NCBI GenBank assembly: GCA_900661335.1
Contig: CAACVY010000004.1
Location: forward strand, 70-64,069
Direction: 5' to 3'
DNA from: an uncultured bacterium
GTDB lineage: Bacteria > Verrucomicrobiota > Kiritimatiellia > PWTM01
DNA: 64,000 bases
A program made the translations under genes and the position numbers. The notes below the pieces were generated by a model that had not been told where the DNA came from, did no database searches, and saw nothing but the letters and a program-made list of their open reading frames with translations. Shown piece after piece: positions 18,769-28,391 of the stretch (within the stretch, counting starts at the first letter, position 1; each line of letters begins with the position of its first letter).

Positions 18769-19710
18769 ATGAAACGGTTGGATCGTCGGAATCTTTCCAT
18801 CGCAGGTGCGATTGGATTGGCTCATGTGGTGGTTGTAGGTCTGCTGGGGTTCAGTCAAGGTTGTCGAACTCCAGCCCCAACACCGTCGGTCGTGGAACCG
18901 CCGCCGGCGCCGGTGATGCCACCGCCAGCAGTGCCGGAGGCGACGCCGGCCCCTGCACCTGTGTTGCCGCCTCCCGCGGTCGAAGCGCCCGCACCTCAGC
19001 GGCCCTCGTTGCCTCCGCCGCGCGAGTATACGGTTCAAGCCGGTGACTCGCTCTCGAAAATCGCCGTGAAGTTCGGTGTCACCACGCGAGAACTGATGGA
19101 ACTGAACAACATCAAAGACCCGAACAAGATTCGCGCGGGACAAAAACTGATCCTTCCCTCCTATGCGGCAGAAACGCCCAAACCCGTGAAAACATCTCGG
19201 CCGAAACCGGCCTCCACACCGGCGGGCGCGAGTGAATACGTGGTTCAGAAGGGCGATACGCTCTCCGGAATCGCGCAAAAGTTGGGGACCACAACCCGCG
19301 CGCTAATCGAAGCCAACCATATCGAAAATCCCAACAGCATTCGGGCCGGTCAGAAATTGGTAGTGCCGGCGGGGGTGTCTAAGAAAGAAGTTGCCCAGCC
19401 TGCGAAAGCCGAGGCCAGCACGCCCCCCACTCCTCCGCCGCCTCCTGCAGTGCCGGAAACGCCTCCGGTGACACCGGCGGCGGCTCCGATGACTCCTGCC
19501 GCGCCGGCTATGCAGCCGTCCGCGCCGGCTTCGACGCCCTCCCTCGGCGCCGGTCAAACCATCCGCTATCCGGTGGGCCCAGGGGAGACGCTGGACTCCA
19601 TCGCTAAAACGTTTTTGGTCACGCCGGAGGCCATTTTGAAAGCCAATGATCTCCCAGACGCCTCGGCGATCAAACCGGGAATGACCATTCAGATCCCGCT
19701 GGGGCCTTGA
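18769..19710 (+). CDS. Membrane-anchored protein with three LysM domains and proline-rich linkers
   Basis: An N-terminal hydrophobic anchor ends in FSQGC. Three LysM repeats are present: YTVQAGDSLSKIA...IRAGQKLILP, YVVQKGDTLSGIA...IRAGQKLVVP and YPVGPGETLDSIA...IKPGMTIQIP. The ATG lies 1 nt after the murD stop. Confidence 0.85.
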   Translation: MKRLDRRNLSIAGAIGLAHVVVVGLLGFSQGCRTPAPTPSVVEPPPAPVMPPPAVPEATPAPAPVLPPPAVEAPAPQRPSLPPPREYTVQAGDSLSKIAVKFGVTTRELMELNNIKDPNKIRAGQKLILPSYAAETPKPVKTSRPKPASTPAGASEYVVQKGDTLSGIAQKLGTTTRALIEANHIENPNSIRAGQKLVVPAGVSKKEVAQPAKAEASTPPTPPPPPAVPETPPVTPAAAPMTPAAPAMQPSAPASTPSLGAGQTIRYPVGPGETLDSIAKTFLVTPEAILKANDLPDASAIKPGMTIQIPLGP

Positions 19711-19738
19711 CCGCTCCGCCCCGGCTCGCAGCACGGAC

Positions 19739-20875
19739 ATGCGGCTGGTCATTCATTTGTTGATCGGCTTCGTGTCCGTGCTCGTGTTTTTAGGCCTCGT
19801 GGCATTGGCGAGCATTAGCGGATCGTCCAAAGCAGATCTCTTCAGCGCGGATTCGTACTTTTTCCGCCAGTTGATCTGGGCCGCCGCCGGAGCCGTCGTT
19901 CTGGTAACCGCCTCGCGGGTGGATTACCACGAATGGCGGTCCTGGGCCGTCCCCTTGCTCGTGCTCGTCACCTTTCTCCTCATCTTGTGCTTTGTTCCCC
20001 CGATCGGGTTGAACATCAAAGGGAGCCGCCGCTGGTTGAACCTTGGACCGATGAGGTTCCAACCGTCCGAGCTCGCCAAGCCTGCCGTGGTGCTCTTTCT
20101 TGCCTGGTGGATCAAACGCAACGAACGCAAAGTGGTCACCCTGCGGGATGGAGTGCTGATTCCCATGACCACGCTGGGCGTGGTCCTACTGCTGATTTTT
20201 GTCGAACCCGACTTCGGTACCACGGCATTGCTGACCGTTCTCGCGCTGTGCCTACTTCTTCTCGGTGGCACTCGCATGAGCTACGTGATCGCCCTGGCGG
20301 TCCTGCTGGGTTGCGGATTTGCGGTGGCAGTGTCCTTGGACCCGGAACGTCTTCGACGGATTTTGGCCTTTCGAGATCCCGAACGGTACGCGGCCGACGA
20401 AGCCTATCAGCTTCTTCAGGCGCTCCGTGCCTTCCGGATGGGCGGACTGTGGGGAGTTGGCCTGGGCCGCAGCATCCAAAAGATGTACTACCTGCCGGAA
20501 GCCCACACCGATTTCATTTTGCCGATCATCGGCGAAGAGTTGGGCCTGGCAGCGTCGCTCGGGATCCTGGCGATGTACGTGGGCATCTTTGTGCTCGGAT
20601 TATTCATCGCCTGGCGCGCTCCGGACCTCTTCGGCAGCTTGTTGGCCTACGGGTGCACGATGACGGTTGCGGGGCAAGCCGCCATGAACATCGCCGTGGT
20701 CACCGGCAGCATTCCCACGAAAGGGATCGGCTTACCCTTCGTGAGTTACGGCGGGTCGAGCCTCATCGTTCTGGGACTCATGATGGGCATGGTGATCAAT
20801 GTCGCCCGCCACGCGGGCGGCATGGTTGTAGACACCCACACTCAACCCATCAAGGACCGTCTCCAGAGGGTCTAA
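19739..20875 (+). CDS. ftsW: Peptidoglycan glycosyltransferase FtsW (SEDS family)
   Basis: The protein has about 10 TM helices with FQPSELAKP, PEAHTDFI and GLPFVSYGGSS motifs. Confidence 0.92.
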   Translation: MRLVIHLLIGFVSVLVFLGLVALASISGSSKADLFSADSYFFRQLIWAAAGAVVLVTASRVDYHEWRSWAVPLLVLVTFLLILCFVPPIGLNIKGSRRWLNLGPMRFQPSELAKPAVVLFLAWWIKRNERKVVTLRDGVLIPMTTLGVVLLLIFVEPDFGTTALLTVLALCLLLLGGTRMSYVIALAVLLGCGFAVAVSLDPERLRRILAFRDPERYAADEAYQLLQALRAFRMGGLWGVGLGRSIQKMYYLPEAHTDFILPIIGEELGLAASLGILAMYVGIFVLGLFIAWRAPDLFGSLLAYGCTMTVAGQAAMNIAVVTGSIPTKGIGLPFVSYGGSSLIVLGLMMGMVINVARHAGGMVVDTHTQPIKDRLQRV

Positions 20876-20877
20876 CT

Positions 20878-21474
20878 ATGCACAAGCTCCCCACCACGCC
20901 ACCCTGCCGCCCAACCCAATGGCGGGACCCATGGCGGGACGCATTGGTGGTCGCGTTGCCGCTCGCCCCGCACGTGGCGGATCAACTTCGTTCCGGCCAG
21001 CCAGTTCGGCTCACCGGACCCGTGCTCGCCGCACGCGACGCCGCCCATGCGCGCATCGTCGAAGCGCTGCGCCGAGGTGAGGCGTTGCCCTTCGAACTTG
21101 CAGGCGCCACCATCTACTATGTAGGTCCAACGCCAGGAACCAACGAGCACTCCGTTGGCTCGGCAGGCCCGACCACCAGCAGCCGAATGGACCCGTACAC
21201 CCCTCTGCTTTTGGAGCGGGGTTTGCGCGGCATGATTGGCAAAGGCGGACGCAGCCCCGAGGTGGTCGAAGCCATCCGCCGGTTTGGAGCGGTGTACTTC
21301 CTCGCAGTCGGAGGAGCCGGGGCGCTGCTCGGACGCCACATCACCCGCGCTGAGCTCGTCGCATATCCCGACCTAGGGCCCGAAGCAGTGCGCATGCTCT
21401 GGCTGGACCGGTTTCCCGTGTTCGTAGCGATCGCTCGCCACGGCGACCCTATGGTCCCGCCGTACTTGGGATGA
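20878..21474 (+). CDS. Fe-S type hydro-lyase beta subunit (class I fumarate hydratase C-terminal / TtdB-like)
   Basis: IYYVGPTP...GSAGPTTSSRMDPYTP...MIGKGGRS...AVGGAGALL...LGPEAVRML..FPVFVA matches the FumA C-terminal/TtdB family. The ATG lies 2 nt after the ftsW stop. No alpha subunit is present in the window. Confidence 0.82.
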   Translation: MHKLPTTPPCRPTQWRDPWRDALVVALPLAPHVADQLRSGQPVRLTGPVLAARDAAHARIVEALRRGEALPFELAGATIYYVGPTPGTNEHSVGSAGPTTSSRMDPYTPLLLERGLRGMIGKGGRSPEVVEAIRRFGAVYFLAVGGAGALLGRHITRAELVAYPDLGPEAVRMLWLDRFPVFVAIARHGDPMVPPYLG

Positions 21475-21860
21475 ACCACTCCGTCCGATCCGTCCGAGCT
21501 CTCCGACCGCGCCTCGAGCAAGTCGCTCGCGAGGAAGTCGAGCGGTTGACATATTCCTTGCCCCACCATCTCCACCAAAAATGCCGGCGCGTGCCGGTGA
21601 TCTTGGAGTGGCGGCCATCCCCGGAGTTAGTCCAAGAGGGGCTCGCGCCCGATACATTGGGGCTGTTCGTGGGACAAGACTTGCTTGAGTCCGAAGATCC
21701 CCTTCCGCCGCACATCCTGTTGTTCTTGGCGAACCTCTGGGACGAAGCCGGGAAGTCCCTGTCTCGGTTCCGCCAAGAGGTCCGGAAAACGTTTCTCCAC
21801 GAGTTGGGCCACTACTTGGGGTTGAACGAAGACGATCTCGCGCAACGCGATCTGGATTGA
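21471..21860 (+). CDS. Small zinc metallopeptidase-like protein (zincin, DUF1025/MSMEG-type)
   Basis: It has a C-terminal HELGHYLGLNEDDL (HExxH) motif and is about 129 aa long. It forms an ATGA overlap with the upstream gene. Confidence 0.75.
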   Translation: MNHSVRSVRALRPRLEQVAREEVERLTYSLPHHLHQKCRRVPVILEWRPSPELVQEGLAPDTLGLFVGQDLLESEDPLPPHILLFLANLWDEAGKSLSRFRQEVRKTFLHELGHYLGLNEDDLAQRDLD

Positions 21861-21972
21861 CCCCTTGCCTCCGACGCCATTCGCAGTTCTCGCTCACCCC
21901 AGGCGATGAGGCACACGGAGCCTTTACCACCAGCGACCGCGAGTCGTCCGATCGTCGTGGACCCGCAAGAGT

Positions 21973-22398
21973 TCAGAACCCGTAGACCTTGCGCAGTTGC
22001 TCCTCGGTGGGCATCCCAGAATAATACTCACCGCGAGGCCCGATGTATTGGCCGCCTTCGACCTGGCGTAAGGTCACCGGTGTGCGAGAACCGTTTGAGT
22101 TTTGAATCCACACCGTGGTGTAGAATTGCTGTTGTTGAACATGTTGGATCTGCTGTTCCAGTTCTCGCTGACGCGCGTACTGATTGGCCAAGGCACCCCC
22201 CAACAACGCACCGGCAGCCGCGCCCAACGCGCGGTCGTTTCCACCACCGCCAAAGTTATGGCCGAGAATCGCTCCCAGCCCGGCGCCGATCCCCGCGCCC
22301 AATGCCGTGGCTTGGTCCCTCGAAGGGGAACCCGTCGTGACACACCCACTGAAGACCATGGCCACCATGGCCATCGCGGCAATGCTTCTCGCGCTCAT
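21973..22398 (-). CDS. Glycine-zipper lipoprotein
   Basis: The signal peptide carries a lipobox (MVFSGC). Glycine-zipper stretches (GAGIGAGLGAILG and GAAAGALLGGAL) are present. The ATG at 22398 is preferred over 22416. Confidence 0.7.
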   Translation of the reverse strand: MSARSIAAMAMVAMVFSGCVTTGSPSRDQATALGAGIGAGLGAILGHNFGGGGNDRALGAAAGALLGGALANQYARQRELEQQIQHVQQQQFYTTVWIQNSNGSRTPVTLRQVEGGQYIGPRGEYYSGMPTEEQLRKVYGF

Positions 22399-22553
22399 AT
22401 CCCGCTCTCCGTTCATTCAATCGCACTTCGCGCTTCCATGGAATTCGACGCGGTACGGCCGAAAATATTCATGGGCCCCACCAAGACTTCATGGGTCCAC
22501 GCGACCGGGTGGGACCAGGCAGAGCACGGGCAAGGCTCACTAGGGTAACGCCG

Positions 22554-23306
22554 GTGAATTGGCTCGTGTTCCAGCCGCACGAACTGGATGCCGATGGCAC
22601 CTTGCTGTTGACCGACCGCCGCGCCCGCCACCTGTGCCGCGCGGTCCGCGTGAAATGTGGAGATGTCGTCCATGTAGCGCAATTGGGTGGGCGGCGTGGC
22701 CATGGGGAAGTCCTCGAAGTTGGCCACGACCGCGTGCGCATACGTTGTCGAATGGACGAGCTCCCTCTCCCGGCCTGGCCCGTGGTGGTGTGGATGGCCA
22801 TGCCCCGGCCCAAGGTCGCCCGGAGGTTGTGGATGCACCTGGCCGCCTTGGGCGTGGAAGAAATCTGGGTCACCGGAGGCGACGGTGTCGAGGCCAGCTA
22901 CCTCCACAGTGGGGCACTATCGTCCGACGAGTTGAGCCGTAGTTTGCTGGAAGGCCTGGAGCAAAGTGGGGGTACGCACCTGCCACGAGTGGTGATCGAA
23001 CGTCGCTGGTCTCGCGAGTGGTTGCGCACCCAACTTGCCCAGCGGCCTGCCTATGACCGATGGGTGGCCGATACCGACGGCAAGGGCTCGCCGGTGTGTG
23101 CGCCACAGCACGGGTTAATTCTCGCGGTCGGTCCCGAGCGTGGGTGGAGCGAACGGGAACGAGAATGGCTTCGCAACCTTGGCTTCCGAACGTTGTGCTT
23201 GGGGCCTCGGGTGTTGCGGACAGACGCGGCGTGTTTGATGGCGCTCGGGCTCGTGTCGTCGGTCTGGCCAGTTCCCAGCGCGGTTGCCTCCGCCTGGCAG
23301 GTGTAG
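22554..23306 (+). CDS. rsmE: 16S rRNA (uracil1498-N3)-methyltransferase RsmE
   Basis: An N-terminal PUA-like region ([16 protein letters not shown]) and the C-terminal SPOUT knot ([14 protein letters not shown]...[11 protein letters not shown]) are present. The start is uncertain: GTG 22554 or ATG 22491. Confidence 0.85.
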   Translation: MNWLVFQPHELDADGTLLLTDRRARHLCRAVRVKCGDVVHVAQLGGRRGHGEVLEVGHDRVRIRCRMDELPLPAWPVVVWMAMPRPKVARRLWMHLAALGVEEIWVTGGDGVEASYLHSGALSSDELSRSLLEGLEQSGGTHLPRVVIERRWSREWLRTQLAQRPAYDRWVADTDGKGSPVCAPQHGLILAVGPERGWSEREREWLRNLGFRTLCLGPRVLRTDAACLMALGLVSSVWPVPSAVASAWQV

Positions 23307-23332
23307 GAAACTACTCGTTTGAACATGGCGAC

Positions 23333-26300
23333 ATGAACTGGATTCTTCGAAAGATCATCGGAACGAAAAACGAGCGCGATCTCCGAAAACTACGGCCGCT
23401 GGTGCAGCGTATCAACGAAATCGAGCGCTCCTACCAGTCGTTGTCGGAGGAACAGCTGCGAGCGAAAACGGACGAATTTCGCCAGCGGTTGGCCCGCGGC
23501 GAAACACTGGATGACCTTTTGTGTGAAGCGTTTGCGGTCGTGAAGAATGCCTGCCGCCGCTTGTGCGGGCGCACCATCGAGGTATGCGGTCATCCCGTAG
23601 TTTGGGACATGGTGCCGTTCGATGTTCAGTTGATCGGGGGCATTGTGTTGCACCAGGGCAAGATCGCCGAGATGGCCACGGGCGAGGGCAAAACACTGGT
23701 CGCCACCATGCCGGCCTACCTGAACGCGCTGGCCGGCCGCGGCGTGCACATCGTCACGGTGAACGACTATCTGGCACGGCGCGATGCGCAATGGATGGGA
23801 GCTCTCTACAGCTACCTCGGTCTCACCGTGGGGTGCATTCAGAACTCGATGGGACCGGCCGAAAGGCGCCATGCCTACGAGTGCGACGTCACGTACGGCA
23901 CGAACTCCGAGTTCGGGTTTGATTACCTTCGCGACAACATGGCGATTCGCGCCGAGGACCAGGTCCAGCGCGGCCACGAATATGCGATCATCGACGAGGT
24001 GGACAGCATCCTGATCGACGAGGCACGCACCCCGTTGATCATCTCCGGTCCGGCCCCCTACTCCACCGAGCAGTACATTGTTCTGCGGCCCGCGGTAGAA
24101 CGACTGGTCCGGCGGCAGCGGGAGCTGTGCAATCGTCTGATCGAAGAAGCCAAACGGCTGCTGGAGAAACCCAATCGCGCACGTGAGGACGAAGAAGAAG
24201 CTGGGCGTAAACTGTACCAAGTTGCCCAAGGCATGCCCAAGCACAAGCAGCTGCTGCACTTGTTGGAGGACCCCGCGATTCGGCGCATCTACGAGAAAGT
24301 GGATGCCATGATGTTGACCGACATGTACAAGGACGAAGCGCGGGCTTTGCGCGAAGAGCTGTTCTTTACGATCGACGAAAAAGGCAACGACGCGAGCTTG
24401 ACCGAAAAGGGTTGCCGGGAATTGAACCCCGACGATCCTGAAATGTACGTGCTGCCAGACCTGGCCACGCAACTATCCTTGCTGGAAGGGAATCCCTCGC
24501 TCTCAGCGGAAGAAAAGATCGCTCGCCGGCAACAGCTCCAAGACCTGTTCGCGGAGCGCAACGAGCGGATTCATGCCGTGGATCAACTCATCCGCGCCTA
24601 CACCGTGTATGAACGCGACGTTCAGTACGTGGTGCAGAACGGCCAGGTCATCATCGTCGACGAGTTCACCGGGCGCTTGATGCCGGGTCGGCGGTGGAGT
24701 GACGGGCTGCACCAAGCCATCGAAGCCAAGGAAGGCGTGCGCGTCGAGCGCGAGACGCAGACGCTAGCCACCATCACGATCCAAAACTACTTCCGCATGT
24801 ACAAGAAGCTCGCCGGCATGACCGGCACGGCGGAAACAGAGGCGGACGAGTTCGCGCAAATCTACAAGCTGGACGTCGTGGTCATTCCCACCAACCGTCC
24901 CGTGCGGCGCATTGACTACAACGATCGCGTGTACAAGACCCAGCGGGAAAAGTACAACGCCATCATCGAGCAGATCGTCGAATGCCACCAGCGAGGCCAA
25001 CCCGTCCTCGTCGGCACCGCGACCGTCGAGCATTCCGAAATCATCAGCCGGATGCTCCGCCGACGTGGCATCCCGCACAACGTGCTCAACGCCAAGAACC
25101 ATGAGCGCGAGGCGGAAATCGTCGCCCTGGCCGGCCAAAAAGGTGCGGTGACCATCGCAACGAACATGGCGGGGCGCGGCACCGACATCAAATTGGGCGA
25201 CGGCGTGGTCTGGCTTCCGCGGGAAGTCGTGGAGTCGCAGATCCGACTGGACGATCCCTACGATGGATCCACGCTTCGCCAAAAACTCATGGAACAGCCT
25301 TGCGGCCTGTTCGTGATCGGCTCCGAACGGCACGAAGCGCGCCGCATCGACCGTCAACTGCGCGGGCGCTGTGCCCGACAGGGCGACCCGGGGTTCTCGG
25401 TCTTCTACGTATCGCTGGAAGACGACCTCATGCGGTTGTTCGGATCCGATCGGATCTCGCGCATCATGGACCGACTCGGCTTGCAGGAGGGCGAGGTGCT
25501 GGAGCACCGGATGTTGAACCGCTCCATCGAGACCGCTCAGCGGCGCGTCGAGCAACACAACTTTGCGATTCGGAAACGGACGCTGGAGTACGACGACGTC
25601 ATGAATACCCAGCGTCAGATCATCTATGGGTTCCGCAACGAAGTCCTCCACGCCGCGGACGTCCGCGAGTACTTGATGGGGATCGTCGAGGACGTGGTCA
25701 GCGCACGCGCCGAAGTCGCGGCAGACAACCGCGAGGAGGGAATTCGTCAGTTCGTCCAGTGGGCCAACCTGACGTTTCCGATCGGCCTGTCCGCCGAGCA
25801 AATCCCACCGGATGCCGACGCCGAGGCGTTGACGCGCCTGGTGCTGGAGCGCGTGCGAACCGCGTACGATGTCAAGGCGCGGATGGAAGATCCTGCGGCG
25901 CTGGCCGAGCTGGAACGGCAAATGATTCTGTTCGCCATCGATGAGCATTGGCAGGAGTATCTGCGCAACTTGGATGCACTCCGGCAAGGCGTGGGCTTGC
26001 GAGCCTACGGTCAACGGGATCCATTGGTGGAATACAAGCGGGAGGCTTATGACCTCTTCTCGGATCTCGTGGACCGGATCAAAAACGACGTGGTGTCACG
26101 CATGTTCCGCTCGGCCACTTCGCTTGAAGTGTTCGAGCGGATGTTGCGGGCCATTCCGCGAGCCTTGGTCCATGGAGAACTTCCGCCGCTGGCAGCCGCC
26201 GCATCGAGCACCTCGGAACAAGGAACGCTTGTGGATGAAGTCCTCGGCGCCGTGCCCGCTGCGCCGGATGAAACGCCACCCCAGCCGGTCCGGTTCGCTG

Positions 26301-26404
26301 GCCCGAAAGTTGGCCGCAACGATCCATGTCCGTGCGGGAGCGGGAAAAAGTACAAGAAGTGTTGCGGGGCCACTCAAGTACCCGGCCGCCCTCCCACCAC
26401 ATAA
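23333..26404 (+). CDS. secA: Preprotein translocase ATPase SecA
   Basis: It has the [14 protein letters not shown] Walker A, a [23 protein letters not shown]-like box and the C-terminal zinc-binding [14 protein letters not shown]. The conserved start is [10 protein letters not shown] at 23333. Confidence 0.96.
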   Translation: MNWILRKIIGTKNERDLRKLRPLVQRINEIERSYQSLSEEQLRAKTDEFRQRLARGETLDDLLCEAFAVVKNACRRLCGRTIEVCGHPVVWDMVPFDVQLIGGIVLHQGKIAEMATGEGKTLVATMPAYLNALAGRGVHIVTVNDYLARRDAQWMGALYSYLGLTVGCIQNSMGPAERRHAYECDVTYGTNSEFGFDYLRDNMAIRAEDQVQRGHEYAIIDEVDSILIDEARTPLIISGPAPYSTEQYIVLRPAVERLVRRQRELCNRLIEEAKRLLEKPNRAREDEEEAGRKLYQVAQGMPKHKQLLHLLEDPAIRRIYEKVDAMMLTDMYKDEARALREELFFTIDEKGNDASLTEKGCRELNPDDPEMYVLPDLATQLSLLEGNPSLSAEEKIARRQQLQDLFAERNERIHAVDQLIRAYTVYERDVQYVVQNGQVIIVDEFTGRLMPGRRWSDGLHQAIEAKEGVRVERETQTLATITIQNYFRMYKKLAGMTGTAETEADEFAQIYKLDVVVIPTNRPVRRIDYNDRVYKTQREKYNAIIEQIVECHQRGQPVLVGTATVEHSEIISRMLRRRGIPHNVLNAKNHEREAEIVALAGQKGAVTIATNMAGRGTDIKLGDGVVWLPREVVESQIRLDDPYDGSTLRQKLMEQPCGLFVIGSERHEARRIDRQLRGRCARQGDPGFSVFYVSLEDDLMRLFGSDRISRIMDRLGLQEGEVLEHRMLNRSIETAQRRVEQHNFAIRKRTLEYDDVMNTQRQIIYGFRNEVLHAADVREYLMGIVEDVVSARAEVAADNREEGIRQFVQWANLTFPIGLSAEQIPPDADAEALTRLVLERVRTAYDVKARMEDPAALAELERQMILFAIDEHWQEYLRNLDALRQGVGLRAYGQRDPLVEYKREAYDLFSDLVDRIKNDVVSRMFRSATSLEVFERMLRAIPRALVHGELPPLAAAASSTSEQGTLVDEVLGAVPAAPDETPPQPVRFAGPKVGRNDPCPCGSGKKYKKCCGATQVPGRPPTT

Positions 26405-26416
26405 GCCGTCCCCCAT

Positions 26417-28030
26417 ATGCCCGCGACCTGGGAACTGCAGACGGCCACCGAACTGCGAACGCTCCCGCGCCCTGTGGCGATCGCGCTAGCGACGTGCACC
26501 GGCATTCTTTTGTTCAGCGCTTTTCCGCCCTTGGAGTGGGCCTGGGCCGCCTGGTTGGCCCTGGTGCCGCTGGGGTTGGCCGTGGCCGGCCGCCGCCTGG
26601 GAGAGGCCTCCGCCCTTTCGTTTTGGGCCGGTCTCGTGTTCTGGATCCCTTCGCTGTGGTGGATCCACCGCGTGACGATCGCAGGTTGGATAGCGCTGTC
26701 AGCCTACTGCGCGCTGTACATGATTCCTCCCGCATGGGTCTTCGCCGAACTGGGCCGGCGTTCGGTCCCTTCGCGCCCGGGTGGATCTCTAGGGTCCGCT
26801 CTTGCGATCGCCGCCACGTGGGTGGGCTGGGAGGTGGTGCGGGGTCGCCTGGCCACCGGCTTTCCATGGAATGATCTCGGGGTCAGTCAATATCGTCACT
26901 GGGGCTGGATTCAACACGCCGCATGGGGTGGTGTGCCAGCCGTTTCGGTCGCCGTAGCGTTCTTTAACGGATTGGCGTGGTCCTGGGCATGGGCACGAAT
27001 GGAACGCGTACGCCCACCGACTGCGCGCGCCGAACATCTCGTAGGGGGATGCCTTCTCTTGCTGGCCTGGCTCTCGGGCCTGGCCCAGCTCGCCACGCCA
27101 GTCGCCTCGGACGTCGAACTGCGCGTAGCACTCGTTCAACCGGCCGTGCCCCAAAACGAAAAGTGGACCCCCGAGTCCTACACGCGCATGTACCAAGACT
27201 TGCAACGACTCTCGCTCGCCGCTCTGGCCTTGCAACCTAGCCTGCTCGTCTGGCCTGAAACCGCTCTCCCAGAAAATGTACGCGAGAGCCGCGAACCGTT
27301 GGCCCTCGTCCATTCCGTCACGTCTCATGGAGTCCCACTGGTGTTCGGAGCTCTCGACGCCGAGCGAGATGACGACGGAAACGTCCGGTACTACAACGCG
27401 GCTATTCTGATGAAGCCCGAGCTTGCGCTCGAAGTCTACCGAAAACAGCACCTCGTGCTGTTCGGCGAATACGTACCGTTCCGCAGCGTGCTGCCCGTGT
27501 TGGGCCGGCTCGTGCCTATGGATTTCGATCTCACCCCAGGTCACACGCCGACCGTATTTCGGATCCAACAACCGGCGGAGATTCCTTTTTCGACGATGAT
27601 TTGCTTCGAAGACACCATGGCGCCCCTGGCACGCCGGTTTGTTCAGCAAGGCGCGCGGTGGTTGTTGGTCCTGACCAACGATGCATGGTTTGATGGAACG
27701 TGGGGGCACCGCCAGCACTTCGTCCAGAGTATTTTCCGCGCGGTGGAGTGCGGCGTTCCTCTCGTGCGGTGCGCGAACTCAGGAGTGACCGGTTGGGTAG
27801 ATCCGAAGGGACGGATCGGGGGCCGGCAAGGCGAAGCTGCAGGCACCCTGCCGATCACCGACGCCCACGGGCGACCGGTGATGGGATTCCTTACCGTGCA
27901 GGTTCCCATTGCGCTCGCCGGGTGGAACGCCACACCGTGGGTCCGTCACGGCCCGTGGTTTCCGTGGACCCTCGCCTGCATCGGTGTCACTCTCACCCTC
28001 GTGGTCGCCGTGGTGGCGTACAAAAGGTGA
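26417..28030 (+). CDS. lnt: Apolipoprotein N-acyltransferase
   Basis: An N-terminal polytopic region is followed by a CN-hydrolase domain (VWPETA, KQHLVLFGEYVP, MICFED). Confidence 0.9.
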   Translation: MPATWELQTATELRTLPRPVAIALATCTGILLFSAFPPLEWAWAAWLALVPLGLAVAGRRLGEASALSFWAGLVFWIPSLWWIHRVTIAGWIALSAYCALYMIPPAWVFAELGRRSVPSRPGGSLGSALAIAATWVGWEVVRGRLATGFPWNDLGVSQYRHWGWIQHAAWGGVPAVSVAVAFFNGLAWSWAWARMERVRPPTARAEHLVGGCLLLLAWLSGLAQLATPVASDVELRVALVQPAVPQNEKWTPESYTRMYQDLQRLSLAALALQPSLLVWPETALPENVRESREPLALVHSVTSHGVPLVFGALDAERDDDGNVRYYNAAILMKPELALEVYRKQHLVLFGEYVPFRSVLPVLGRLVPMDFDLTPGHTPTVFRIQQPAEIPFSTMICFEDTMAPLARRFVQQGARWLLVLTNDAWFDGTWGHRQHFVQSIFRAVECGVPLVRCANSGVTGWVDPKGRIGGRQGEAAGTLPITDAHGRPVMGFLTVQVPIALAGWNATPWVRHGPWFPWTLACIGVTLTLVVAVVAYKR

Positions 28031-28205
28031 GCCACGAGCGCAGCGCGGCGCTAAAGCCATGGTTCGGTCCATTGCGCACTTCGAGCGATCCGAAATAATC
28101 TGCAGAAATCTTGGCGCGGCGGCCGAGGCACGCGCCGGCCAGCGATTCGAGCGGGCGGGCCATCTCATCGGCGTTCAAAAACGGTTTGTGATGGACACCC
28201 CAGCC

Positions 28206-28251
28206 GTCCAACCGTTGGAAAAAAGTTGAATGGTTTGTCCAAACGTTGGAC
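28206..28251. repeat. Two copies of inverted repeat GTCCAA-N3-TTGGAC, 31 bp apart (operator-like)
   Basis: GTCCAACCGTTGGAA lies at 28206-28220 and GTCCAAACGTTGGAC at 28237-28251. The centre-to-centre distance is 31 bp. They sit upstream of the histidine kinase promoter. Confidence 0.35.
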
Positions 28252-28362
28252 AATCGAGCGGGTTGCTTGGGCGCCTCGTACTGCACGGGGTGGGAATTTA
28301 TGACAGCGCAGTGTTGCGAACATCGACAAGCACAGAGTTTCCGAACAACGCTAGGCGGGCAC

Positions 28363-28391
28363 TTGGTGAAATTCTAGGTTCGTGGTAGAAT
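28363..28391 (+). promoter_or_regulatory. Promoter candidate TTGGTG-17 nt-TAGAAT (with TG extended -10) abutting the kinase start
   Basis: TTGGTG lies at 28363-28368 and TGgTAGAAT ends at 28391. The first ATGs are at 28392 and 28398, which implies a leaderless or near-leaderless mRNA. Confidence 0.4.

Noticed and set aside
27993-28286. A 97-aa minus-strand ORF in the lnt-kinase intergenic region.
   Set aside because: It has no SD or promoter, and its 3' end runs antisense into lnt. It contains the two GTCCAA-N3-TTGGAC palindromes, which are better explained as regulatory DNA. No family was recognised.
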